Positions 55,979 to 64,000 of a stretch of DNA of 64,000 nucleotides are shown one piece after another. Under the pieces are notes generated by a model that saw only the letters and a program-made list of their open reading frames with translations, was not told where the DNA came from and made no database searches. The stretch is taken from the NCBI GenBank assembly GCA_963817525.1, contig CAWFOU010000001.1, forward strand, positions 416,001-480,000, given 5' to 3'. Source of the DNA: an uncultured archaeon (lineage in GTDB: Archaea; Thermoproteota; Nitrososphaeria; Nitrososphaerales; Gagatemarchaeaceae). The position numbers and the translations under genes were made by a program. Positions within the stretch are counted from its first letter, which is position 1. Every line of letters begins with the position of its first letter.

Positions 55979-57490
55979 TCAATCGCTGGCCGGGGGCTTC
56001 GTTCCTTTGGCGGCGCCAGCCACTATCACCTTGGAGTAGCCTGCCTTCTTCAGGGCCTTCACGCAGGCCGCGATCGACGCGAGGGGCGCCGCCCTGTCTG
56101 AGATGGTCTGGGAGAACGGGAAGACGAACTCGAGCTCGGCGGGGTAGGGTCCTAGCTGGGGGTTGATCCTGTAGATGTCGGTCTCCTCGAGGTTCTTGAT
56201 GCGGCGCATCCTCCCGGAGCTCTTCGTGAGGGGAGGGGGCGCGGCGCTGGGAACGAGCACGGCAGTCGCCTTGCGGGTCCTCTTCGCCATGATCCTCCCC
56301 AGGTGCTCCCTCGCGAGCGTGAGCTCGGGCCTCATGGTGTCCTCCTCGCTCCTCACCATGAGCCCCCTGAGCTTCAGCAGGGGCGTGGGCTTGACGAGCA
56401 GGTGGGAATGGTCCCGCACGAGCGCCCTGAAGGCGGACGCCGAACTCGTGTGCGCCATCGCCCTCTCCTCAACCAGGTCCCACAGACGCCCCTCGCAGAT
56501 CGCTTCCTTGCACCTGATTACGTCCGCCCGGAGCACGTGGAGGTTGTGCAGGGCGACCTTTCGGACGCGGTCCTCCCTGGGGGAGGAGCGGAGGTCGTTG
56601 AGCGTGGTGCCGTTGCAGACCGGGCAGCTGCAGGGCAGGTAGGCCATCCTGTCGAGCTGCAGGGTCCCCCTCTCGGTCATGTATCGTTCCTTCTTCGCGT
56701 ACAACATGTAGCTGGCCGAGTCGAAGGTGTCGCAGCCAAGTGCGACTGAAAGGGGGAGGGTGAGGGGGTGGCCCGCTCCGAAGAGATGGAGGGGCATCGA
56801 GTAGGGCATGCTCTTCCGTGCGTGCACTATCATGTCGACCAGGGGCGAGAAGAGGTACCCCTCCATCAGCTCAACGGGGCTCCCGAGAGCCAGCACCTGG
56901 AATCCCGCCTCGACCAATCCTCGAGCCGAGGCCCTTACAAGGTCGCCGAAGATCCCGCCCTGGACAGGTCCCACCCAAATTGTCTCGGACTCTCCGAACT
57001 TCTCGATAGTGTCCTTCGCCGCACCCAGGCTCGCCCGCATCGTCTGCCTGGCGTAGGCCTTGGAGTTCGAGTACCCCGTGGGCTTGTCGAGCGTCACGGC
57101 AAGGTCGGAGCCAATCCTCGACTGGAAGTCGGCGATCTCGTCAGGGGTGAACTCGGTGTCGCCGTACTCAAGGACCTGGTAGCCGCCGGAGTCCGTCATC
57201 ATGACGCCGTCGAACCCAAGCAGCTCGTGCAGGCCCTTCTCCAGGGCCTCGGCCTGGTTTCGCTTGTAGAGAATGTAGGAGTTGGTCATGAGTATCTCGA
57301 ACCCCATGGCCTTGAACTGCGAGAGGGGAATGTCGCGCCAGACGGGGTGGATCACTGGTGTCAGGCATGGGGTCTCGAAGCTCTTCTTGCCAACCGTCAT
57401 CACCCCCACCCTGCCCATGAGGTCGGTCTCCTTCACCTCGAACGAGAACGGCTTGGGCATCGTGGTCGCGACGGCGGAGATTTGGTTCAC
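55979..57490 (-). CDS. tgtA: Archaeosine tRNA-guanine transglycosylase
   Basis: ETPCLTPV, MTDSGGYQ, HLFGAG, DTFDSASY, CSCPVC..HN; start may be ATG 57460. Confidence 0.92.
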   Translation of the reverse strand: MNQISAVATTMPKPFSFEVKETDLMGRVGVMTVGKKSFETPCLTPVIHPVWRDIPLSQFKAMGFEILMTNSYILYKRNQAEALEKGLHELLGFDGVMMTDSGGYQVLEYGDTEFTPDEIADFQSRIGSDLAVTLDKPTGYSNSKAYARQTMRASLGAAKDTIEKFGESETIWVGPVQGGIFGDLVRASARGLVEAGFQVLALGSPVELMEGYLFSPLVDMIVHARKSMPYSMPLHLFGAGHPLTLPLSVALGCDTFDSASYMLYAKKERYMTERGTLQLDRMAYLPCSCPVCNGTTLNDLRSSPREDRVRKVALHNLHVLRADVIRCKEAICEGRLWDLVEERAMAHTSSASAFRALVRDHSHLLVKPTPLLKLRGLMVRSEEDTMRPELTLAREHLGRIMAKRTRKATAVLVPSAAPPPLTKSSGRMRRIKNLEETDIYRINPQLGPYPAELEFVFPFSQTISDRAAPLASIAACVKALKKAGYSKVIVAGAAKGTKPPASD

Positions 57491-57518
57491 ATATCAGGGT
57501 TCCGAGAGCGGAGGGGGG

Positions 57519-57773
57519 ATGGAGAAGACGCCTGCGACGAGGTTGGGGTTCAAGTCCCAGGTGGCCGTGGTGTTGGCATTCTATGTAGGCCTCTTTTTTG
57601 TAGAGTACCCTCCCATCTTCCTGCTAGGATACTGGTCGTGGGGCGCGCTGGAGCACAAGACGCTTACGGGAGTGCTCCTCGCGGTCAACCTCGTCATCAC
57701 CCAGTACGCAGCGAAGCGGCTGGGGCTTTTCGCTGGCGCGAAGAAGGCAGAGGAGGTCGGAGCGGATGGATAA
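57519..57773 (+). CDS. Small membrane protein
   Basis: Two hydrophobic segments; ATG 57519 after G-rich SD-like run. Confidence 0.4.
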   Translation: MEKTPATRLGFKSQVAVVLAFYVGLFFVEYPPIFLLGYWSWGALEHKTLTGVLLAVNLVITQYAAKRLGLFAGAKKAEEVGADG

Positions 57774-57775
57774 GT

Positions 57776-58426
57776 CTAGGCGGTGCCGAAGGCGCGGCGG
57801 GCGTAGTGCTTCCCTCCCTGCCCCTGGGCACCCTTGAAGCGCTCTTCCTCGTTGACGTCCCCGCGCTCGTGGTATCCGAAGTGCTCCCAGTAGCCGTCCA
57901 TGTACTCGGGGATGAACTCGATCTTCCCCAGCCACTTTGCGCTCTTCCACCCGTAGAGGTGCGGCATGAACGGCCTCGCGGGGAACCCCTGCTCAGCGGT
58001 CAGCGGCTTGCCGTTCATCCTGACGGCGACGATGGAGTCCTCCATAAGCGCGTCCTCCAGCGGGATGGGGGCTGTGTATCCGTCGTAGCAGTGGAACATG
58101 ACCCACTTCGCCTCGGGCTTTGCGCCCGCGGCGTCCGCGAGGCTCTTGATCGGTACGCCTTCCCAGAGGGGCTTCTCTATGGACCAGCTTGTGACACAGT
58201 TGAAGGTCTTCGAGTAGCTCTTCATGGGGAGCGTCAGGAACTCGTTGTACCCGAAGACCAGGGGCGTGTTGACTAGTCCGGTGACTTCCAACCTCCATTT
58301 CGCCGGGTCGACGTGCTGCACTCCCATGGCGGCGTAGATGACGAACCTCTTCCCCCACACCTGGCCCGGGGGCAGGGGCTCCCTTTCTGGAGGGGCAGGT
58401 GGGGCTGGAGGCGCGGCTTGGGACAA
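57776..58426 (-). CDS. Sulfite oxidase-like molybdopterin oxidoreductase
   Basis: LPPGQ, WRLEVTGLV, FNCVTSWS, QGFPAR, YGWKSAKW, GYWE..GYH; start set at TTG 58426. Confidence 0.88.
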   Translation of the reverse strand: MSQAAPPAPPAPPEREPLPPGQVWGKRFVIYAAMGVQHVDPAKWRLEVTGLVNTPLVFGYNEFLTLPMKSYSKTFNCVTSWSIEKPLWEGVPIKSLADAAGAKPEAKWVMFHCYDGYTAPIPLEDALMEDSIVAVRMNGKPLTAEQGFPARPFMPHLYGWKSAKWLGKIEFIPEYMDGYWEHFGYHERGDVNEEERFKGAQGQGGKHYARRAFGTA

Positions 58427-58536
58427 CCGTGTGTGATTGGCACGGCGTCCCATAAAACGCTTTTTCCGGCAGCGCCGCGCCGACCATAGTTTTATACGCG
58501 TCGTCAGGAGCCATGCGGAAGGCAAGGAGCGATTTC

Positions 58537-58998
58537 ATGATTCAGTCTGCGACGTCGACGGCGCCCCCAACGGGGACCCCTAAGAAGAGACCCGCCCTCC
58601 TGCCCATTGTCATTCTCGTCCTCATCGTGATAGTCGCCATCGGCACGGGAGCCGCATACGCGTCCGGGGCGAGCAGTGGGACGAGCTACGCTTGCATGAC
58701 GATCTCCCACCAAGGCAGCTCGGAGACGATAACGACGACCGGGCTGCTCCACTGGGTCAATTCCCAATACTACATCAGCTGTAACGAAGGGTCGAACCTC
58801 CCGACTAGCAAGTACACGGCCTCTTGCTTGGTTATCTCTCCCAAGAACATACCGGCGCCCATAGGGGTTGGGGCCGCGACCGAATACTACTACATCTCCG
58901 CGAGCGGGAGCCAAATCTCTCTCAGCGGCGCGGCGGCACCGAAGAACGCCACAGAGTTCATCAATCCTTCAGGCCTCTCCCTGACCGCCGCGTGCTAG
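58537..58998 (+). CDS. Membrane-anchored secreted protein with paired cysteines
   Basis: KKR plus TM helix, S/T-rich ectodomain. Confidence 0.55.
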   Translation: MIQSATSTAPPTGTPKKRPALLPIVILVLIVIVAIGTGAAYASGASSGTSYACMTISHQGSSETITTTGLLHWVNSQYYISCNEGSNLPTSKYTASCLVISPKNIPAPIGVGAATEYYYISASGSQISLSGAAAPKNATEFINPSGLSLTAAC

Positions 58999-59095
58999 AC
59001 GCCGCGGACGAGTCGACCGGACCACGGGCCCCTATGGATTATATACACCACTAAAGGGGAGGCGTGAGCACAACCGAAAGCAACCCAGAGAGAAA

Positions 59096-60316
59096 ATGTC
59101 GTCTACATCATCATACCAATATCTGAGCAGACTCGAGAACGCCGTCAAGCAGCACGAAAGCTGGAGGACGGGCGAGTGCCTGAACATGATCGCCTCGGAG
59201 AACTTCAGCAGCCCCCAGTCGAGGGGGATGCTGGTCTCTGACTTTGCCAACCGCTACACCGCCCCCGACCAGTTCTACAGGGGGGCGCGTTTCATGGACG
59301 AGGTCCAGGCCCTCGCCGAGGAGGTTGCAAGGAAGGTCTACAACGCAAAGTACGCCGACGTCAGGCCGACGTCGGGGCACGCGGCGGACATCGCGCTTCT
59401 CCTGACCCTGGTCAACCGCGGGGACAAGATAGTCTCAATGGGGATCGAGAACGGCGGCTACCCGGGGATCTCGCACTTGGGCCTGGGGAAGATCCTGGGC
59501 CTGAAGAACCTCTACTTCGCGTTCGACGACAAGGAGTACAACATCGACGCCAAGGCCACCAGGCAGATGCTCGAGCTGGAGAGGCCGAAGATGGTGATTT
59601 TCGGCTCCAGTTTCATCCCCTTCCCCCAGCCTGTCCGGGAGGTCTCGAGCGCGGTCGACGACGCCATCTGCGTTTACGACGGCTCCCACGTGATGGGGCT
59701 CCTCGCAGGGGGCGAGTTCCAGGACCCGTTGCGGGAGGGTTGCTCGCTGCTCGTGGGCTCCACGCACAAGAGCCTGCCGGGGCCGCAAGGGGGGCTGATC
59801 CTCGGGAACAACGAGGAGCTCTTCGAGCGGGTCAGCTCCCAGATACACCCAGGGATAATCGACAACGTGCACTGGAATCGGGTCGCCGCACTCGCGGTCA
59901 GCCTGCTGGAGATGATGCAGTTCGGCAAGTCCTACGCGCAGGCGGTGGTCAAGAACTCGCAGGCCCTCGGTAAGGGGCTGGCCGACAGGGGGATCGCCGT
60001 GAAGGGTGCGGCCCTCGGATACTCAAAGTCCCACCAGGTGCTGCTGGAGTGCGACAAGGCGAGAGGCCAGCTCTACGCGAAGAGGCTGGAGGAGGCCAAC
60101 ATAATCATCGACAACGGGGGCAGGGTGGGCACAGCGGAGGCGACGCGCATGGGGATGGGTCCAGCGGAGATGGACGAGGCGGCAGAGCTGATGGCGTTCG
60201 CGATCCAGGGCAAGAAGCCAAGCGACTTTATCCAGAAGAAGGTGCGCTCGCTCACCAAAGAATTCAGGACGCCCCGCTACGTGCTGAAGAGCGTCGCCGA
60301 GGACGAAGCGGAATAG
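59096..60316 (+). CDS. glyA: Serine hydroxymethyltransferase
   Basis: NMIASEN, YDGSHVMGL, GSTHKSLPGPQGG, SHQVL. Confidence 0.93.
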   Translation: MSSTSSYQYLSRLENAVKQHESWRTGECLNMIASENFSSPQSRGMLVSDFANRYTAPDQFYRGARFMDEVQALAEEVARKVYNAKYADVRPTSGHAADIALLLTLVNRGDKIVSMGIENGGYPGISHLGLGKILGLKNLYFAFDDKEYNIDAKATRQMLELERPKMVIFGSSFIPFPQPVREVSSAVDDAICVYDGSHVMGLLAGGEFQDPLREGCSLLVGSTHKSLPGPQGGLILGNNEELFERVSSQIHPGIIDNVHWNRVAALAVSLLEMMQFGKSYAQAVVKNSQALGKGLADRGIAVKGAALGYSKSHQVLLECDKARGQLYAKRLEEANIIIDNGGRVGTAEATRMGMGPAEMDEAAELMAFAIQGKKPSDFIQKKVRSLTKEFRTPRYVLKSVAEDEAE

Positions 60317-60335
60317 CCGCCGTGGCCTAGTGGCT

Positions 60336-61361
60336 CTACTTTATCGGCTCGGCGATCCCGAGGGACGCGTTCGTCTGCTTCACTGACTCTGCCTGGGTCG
60401 CGCTCCCCATGATCGCCCTTATCGCGTCGACGTTCTCGGGGACGACGATGGACTCCTGCTGGACGCCGAGGAACAGGTAGAGCTCGTTGTCGTCCACCAC
60501 CGTGACCGACTCCTTCCAGATCGCCGCCTCGTAGACGTCGTTCCTGGGCCTCCCCTTCCACCTCGCCCAGTCGATCACGTGGGCGGTGGACTTGAAGCCC
60601 ATCTTCCCCTCGATGACCATGATGCGCTGCTCCCTCTGGAACGCCGCTACCACCTCTTCGGCCGTGGTCGTCTTGCCGAGCGTGATTATCAGCGAGTGGA
60701 GGTGCATGTGGGTGGTTGGTATCTTGATGGCCATGGTCGTGATGTTGATGTCGGGCAGCACGGTCATGACGTCCGGGCCGTGGTGCGACGGGAGGGTCAC
60801 CGGGTCTGGCACCACCGCGTCGATGGGTCCTTTTCCAATCTCCTGCGGGTCCGCAGCTCTCCTCGCCAGGACTGCCCTGGCCTTCTTGACGCCGAAGTTG
60901 GTCTGCAGCGCGTGCAGGGTCCTGCACAGGCCTGTAGTGTTGCAGCTCACCACCCTGACAAACCTCCTACCCCTGGCGCCGTCGTAATTGCAATTGGAGT
61001 TGAAGGAGAACCCGGTGAGCTCGTGCTCCTCGCCTCCCTCAAATATGGCTCGGACCCCTGCCTTTTCGTACATTTCCTTGTTCCCCGAGGCTACTTCCTC
61101 GCCAGTGGCCTCGATCATCACGTCGACCTTCTTCAGCAGGTCTTGGAGGCTACCCTGGGTCGGTATCTTCGCCTTTGCGAACTTGGCCTGGCCCTCTGCG
61201 TCCAGGTGGTAGATCTTGATGCCTCTTTCGATGGCGAGCTTCGCGCGGTAGTCGGGAGTGAACTTGGTTACTCCTACGAGCTCCATGTCGTTCTGCTTGG
61301 TGACTGCATCGGCGACCCTTCCGCCGATGGTCCCGTATCCGTTTACCCCTACCCTGATCAT
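60336..61361 (-). CDS. gap: Glyceraldehyde-3-phosphate dehydrogenase, archaeal type II
   Basis: MIRVGVNGYGTIGGRVADA, VVSCNTTGL, SHHGPDV, VPENVDAIRA; start ATG 61361. Confidence 0.95.
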   Translation of the reverse strand: MIRVGVNGYGTIGGRVADAVTKQNDMELVGVTKFTPDYRAKLAIERGIKIYHLDAEGQAKFAKAKIPTQGSLQDLLKKVDVMIEATGEEVASGNKEMYEKAGVRAIFEGGEEHELTGFSFNSNCNYDGARGRRFVRVVSCNTTGLCRTLHALQTNFGVKKARAVLARRAADPQEIGKGPIDAVVPDPVTLPSHHGPDVMTVLPDINITTMAIKIPTTHMHLHSLIITLGKTTTAEEVVAAFQREQRIMVIEGKMGFKSTAHVIDWARWKGRPRNDVYEAAIWKESVTVVDDNELYLFLGVQQESIVVPENVDAIRAIMGSATQAESVKQTNASLGIAEPIK

Positions 61362-61658
61362 CGCTAATACCTCCCGTTTTGGGGAATTAAAGAACATTGG
61401 GGAAAAGAGGTGCCGTTTCTGGTCGAAGACTCGATGGCGATTCGCCGGAGCCGCAAGGCTAGATATGTGGAGGGATAGGCATGATGACGGAAAGGTAGAG
61501 TCGCCAGGTCCCGCATCTGGGCCCAATCCTTGGGGAGGCTTCCAATTAAACGATATTCTGGCGGCGTAGGGTGGCTCACTAAGCAAGGCCGGCGACTAAT
61601 GAGATATAAGAATTGGCGATTATAGACGATAGATATGCGAATATCGGCGCATATATAC

Positions 61659-61676
61659 AATCTTACAAGTAAGATT
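61659..61676. promoter_or_regulatory. Perfect palindrome AATCTTAC-aa-GTAAGATT, putative operator
   Basis: 8-bp inverted repeat abutting TATA-like tttatc in the AT-rich gap/uppP intergenic region. Confidence 0.45.
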
Positions 61677-61971
61677 TATCCCCTCTCATGCATGTGAAAG
61701 GGGTGCCTCAAGACGGCTATCACAATCTGACATTCCTACAGCTCTTTTGCCCCGGGTCTGACCCCTCGATTGGAGGGCCGATAGGGCGGAGAAGATTTCC
61801 CGGTCGTGGGCTGGCCTCTTGTCCCCGGCTGGAATTTCGTTGAGACTTCTCCAGGAGCGAGAATGGTGCGCGGGGCACTCTCGGGCAGGGCTAGGCCGTG
61901 TTGGGCCCTCACGGGTCTACGCAAGGCTATTAGCGTCTCATTCACGGCGCATTGCGTCTCCGGTAACCGCG

Positions 61972-62820
61972 ATGACACCAATAATCCAATTCGTCTATTC
62001 GGTTTTGATTGGGATCGTCCAAGGAGTTGCCGAGTGGCTTCCTGTGAGCAGCAAGACCCAGGTGCTTCTCGCGTCGTCATATCTGCTCAAGCTCGACTAC
62101 CAGCAAGCCTACACCTTCGGCCTCTTCATGGAGATTGGGACCGTCCTGGCCGCCGTGATCTACTTCAGGGCATATCTGCTCGACCTGGTGAGAGTGCTGG
62201 CCGGGTCGAAGGACCCGCAGAAGAGGAAGCTCTTCGTCTACGTGCTGGTCGTCACCGTGGTCACTGGGATCGTAGGAGCGCCTCTCTATCTCATCGCGGA
62301 CTCAGTAACGGGCATCTCACTGGGGATACCGATGCTCGTCATCGGCCTAGTGCTCATAGGGGACGCCCTCTTCATAAGATACTCGAGGAGAAACCGGCAA
62401 GGAAAGGTGCCGAGGACGTTCAAAGACATGGGAACGAGGGATTACCTGATCGTGGGGTTCATGCAAGGGATCGCCGCTCTGCCAGGGGTGAGCCGGTCGG
62501 GGATCACCGTGAGCTCTATGCTCTTGCTTGGCATAGAGGCGGACGAAGCATTCAAGCTCTCCTTTCTCGTAGGAATATTCGCCTCGTTGGCTGCGTTCTC
62601 GCTAACCGACCTGGCGAGCGGACACAACGTGAGCCAGGCGCTCTCGGTCATAGGAGTGTCAGGGCTCGCGGTCGCCATAATCACGGCGACGGTGGTGAGC
62701 CTTTTTCTCATAGACTTCCTGATAAAGGTGGCAGCGAAATCCAGCATAGTCTACCTCACCGCGGGGTTGGGCGTAATCGCAATAGCGAGCGGCCTCTTGT
62801 ATCTGCTTCTGGGCCTCTGA
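61972..62820 (+). CDS. uppP: Undecaprenyl-diphosphate phosphatase (BacA family)
   Basis: GIVQGVAEWLPVSS, GTVLAAVIYF, QGIAALPGVSRSGIT; start ATG 61972. Confidence 0.9.
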   Translation: MTPIIQFVYSVLIGIVQGVAEWLPVSSKTQVLLASSYLLKLDYQQAYTFGLFMEIGTVLAAVIYFRAYLLDLVRVLAGSKDPQKRKLFVYVLVVTVVTGIVGAPLYLIADSVTGISLGIPMLVIGLVLIGDALFIRYSRRNRQGKVPRTFKDMGTRDYLIVGFMQGIAALPGVSRSGITVSSMLLLGIEADEAFKLSFLVGIFASLAAFSLTDLASGHNVSQALSVIGVSGLAVAIITATVVSLFLIDFLIKVAAKSSIVYLTAGLGVIAIASGLLYLLLGL

Positions 62821-62916
62821 GCCTCTGAGAACCCTGGCGGAGGAGTTCGAGTGATCGCGAGTCTCGACATGACTTCTCGGCGGGATGCGAGATCGGGTGA
62901 CAATCCTTACGCGTTG

Positions 62917-63273
62917 TCACGTAGCACTCAGTCCGAGTGCCTGTCGGCGCCTTCCCGGGTCGCCCATATCAGGGAATATTTCGTGAATCTCCCGGCTTTT
63001 CTCCCTGAGTTCATTGCGGAGCCTCTCAGCATGCTCATATTGAGCGAGGAAAGTCTTACCTTTATCGGTAGAGGCGTAAACGGTCCGCCGCACGTCAGAG
63101 TGAAGCAGTCCTGCGGCCGTCAAATGGTCGATGTATCGCCTGAGCTGCTTGTAATTCACTCTCGCCCCATACATTATGTTGGTCTTTGACCCTCCTTCGT
63201 GCGCGGCACGGATGATCTCGGCCGAGATCTCTTCCGGAGTCCGTCGACCAGGGTGCTCGACCCTTGCTTTCAT
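62917..63273 (-). CDS. Winged helix-turn-helix transcriptional regulator (archaeal type)
   Basis: RRTPEEI..II, KTNIMYGARVNY..YIDHL..GLL, TDKGK; start ATG 63273. Confidence 0.8.
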   Translation of the reverse strand: MKARVEHPGRRTPEEISAEIIRAAHEGGSKTNIMYGARVNYKQLRRYIDHLTAAGLLHSDVRRTVYASTDKGKTFLAQYEHAERLRNELREKSREIHEIFPDMGDPGRRRQALGLSAT

Positions 63274-63383
63274 GCCTGTCCCAGCCGTCTCGCGATACAT
63301 ACCTCTTCTAGCTGAAGGCCAGAAGAAGAGGGGCTCAGAGTCTGGAAGAACGACGAACGAGGTATGGAACATCGGGCGGGGAT

Positions 63384-63447
63384 GTTACATATCGTACTAG
63401 AGGCGTGGGCGTTACATATCGTACTAGAGGCGTGGGCGTTACATATC
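63384..63447. repeat. 27-bp tandem duplication (gttacatatcgtactagaggcgtgggc x2) plus a third gttacatatc
   Basis: Read directly. Confidence 0.9.
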
Positions 63448-63479
63448 CGAAGATGGTAGTGGAGTAACTGGCTGCTTAT

Positions 63480-64000
63480 ATGACCAGCCTGCGCTCAGTG
63501 CCTAGGCGAGCAAACTTGGGGTTTCTAATTCACGACAGAAAGGCGAAAATTGCGGTCAGCATGGGCATCGGGGTGTTGCTGGTGCTTTCGGCAGTGGCGT
63601 ATGTTGCGTTATTGGTACCGGGCGCCAGTGCCAATCCGCCTAGCTTCCCCCCTACTTGCACTACCACGTATTCATCCAGCCCAACTTATGACACGCCGAC
63701 GATGGTCCCTATCACGATAACTACCCCGGGAATCTACTGCTTCACTTCTGGAGAGACCTTCAATACACAGGTTACCGTGACGGCATCAGATGTCACTCTC
63801 ACCAGCTCGGGTGGGCATCAGATGGCCACCATAAAGCCAACGTCTGTTTCTCCAAATTCAGCAGATCCTGACACAACCACTCCTGAATACAACATCATAC
63901 TTGTTGGAGGAGCAAGTCCAATAACGGGAGCAACGGTCAGCAACCTAATCGTAGATGGTTCCCTGGCATCGACTACATTCACCAGCTGCGCCGACGACTA
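63480..64000 (+). CDS. Secreted protein, possible right-handed beta-helix (partial, runs off window)
   Basis: Manual translation: signal peptide ending ASA, ITITTPGIYCF, VTVTASDVTL, NLIVDG; exact start uncertain. Confidence 0.6.
   Translation, partial: MTSLRSVPRRANLGFLIHDRKAKIAVSMGIGVLLVLSAVAYVALLVPGASANPPSFPPTCTTTYSSSPTYDTPTMVPITITTPGIYCFTSGETFNTQVTVTASDVTLTSSGGHQMATIKPTSVSPNSADPDTTTPEYNIILVGGASPITGATVSNLIVDGSLASTTFTSCADD

Noticed and set aside
60336-61586. Extended N-termini given by the ORF track (gap, uppP, ABC ATPase, dinB, sulfite oxidase-like, mocA-like)
   Set aside because: Extensions run through promoter-like or overlapping sequence and precede the family-typical N-terminus; starts were reassigned
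61560-61700. Replication origin
   Set aside because: AT-rich, but no recognisable ORB repeats and no adjacent cdc6/orc1
63384-63447. Possible mini-CRISPR
   Set aside because: The intervening sequences are identical, so this is a tandem duplication

Overview
High-GC archaeal chromosome segment, most consistent with a non-ammonia-oxidising Nitrososphaerota (Thaumarchaeota) lineage. This is an inference from archaeal-type apgM, gap, tgtA, L38e, F420 cof genes, a presenilin homologue and the Nitrososphaerota-like small protein at 53.5 kb. Housekeeping content: cofE-D-C, Tat, ctaB, sugar-nucleotide genes, moa/moe, gatCAB, aspS, glyA, gap, uppP. Accessory content: a 3619-aa repetitive surface protein; two convergent, closely related membrane-anchored PQQ-dehydrogenase paralogues with a lanthanide-type ligand set; two TnpB-only IS200/IS605-type elements; an Mrp/NBP35 Fe-S carrier interrupted by a LAGLIDADG intein; and a small island encoding a possible surface-filament pair. 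Other points of interest are an unassigned ~240-nt structured RNA candidate downstream of TnpB1 and several genes whose conserved N-termini lack a canonical start codon (moaB, moaE, sugar-phosphate nucleotidyltransferase). No rRNA, canonical tRNA or CRISPR array was recognised. All calls are by eye, without database searches.
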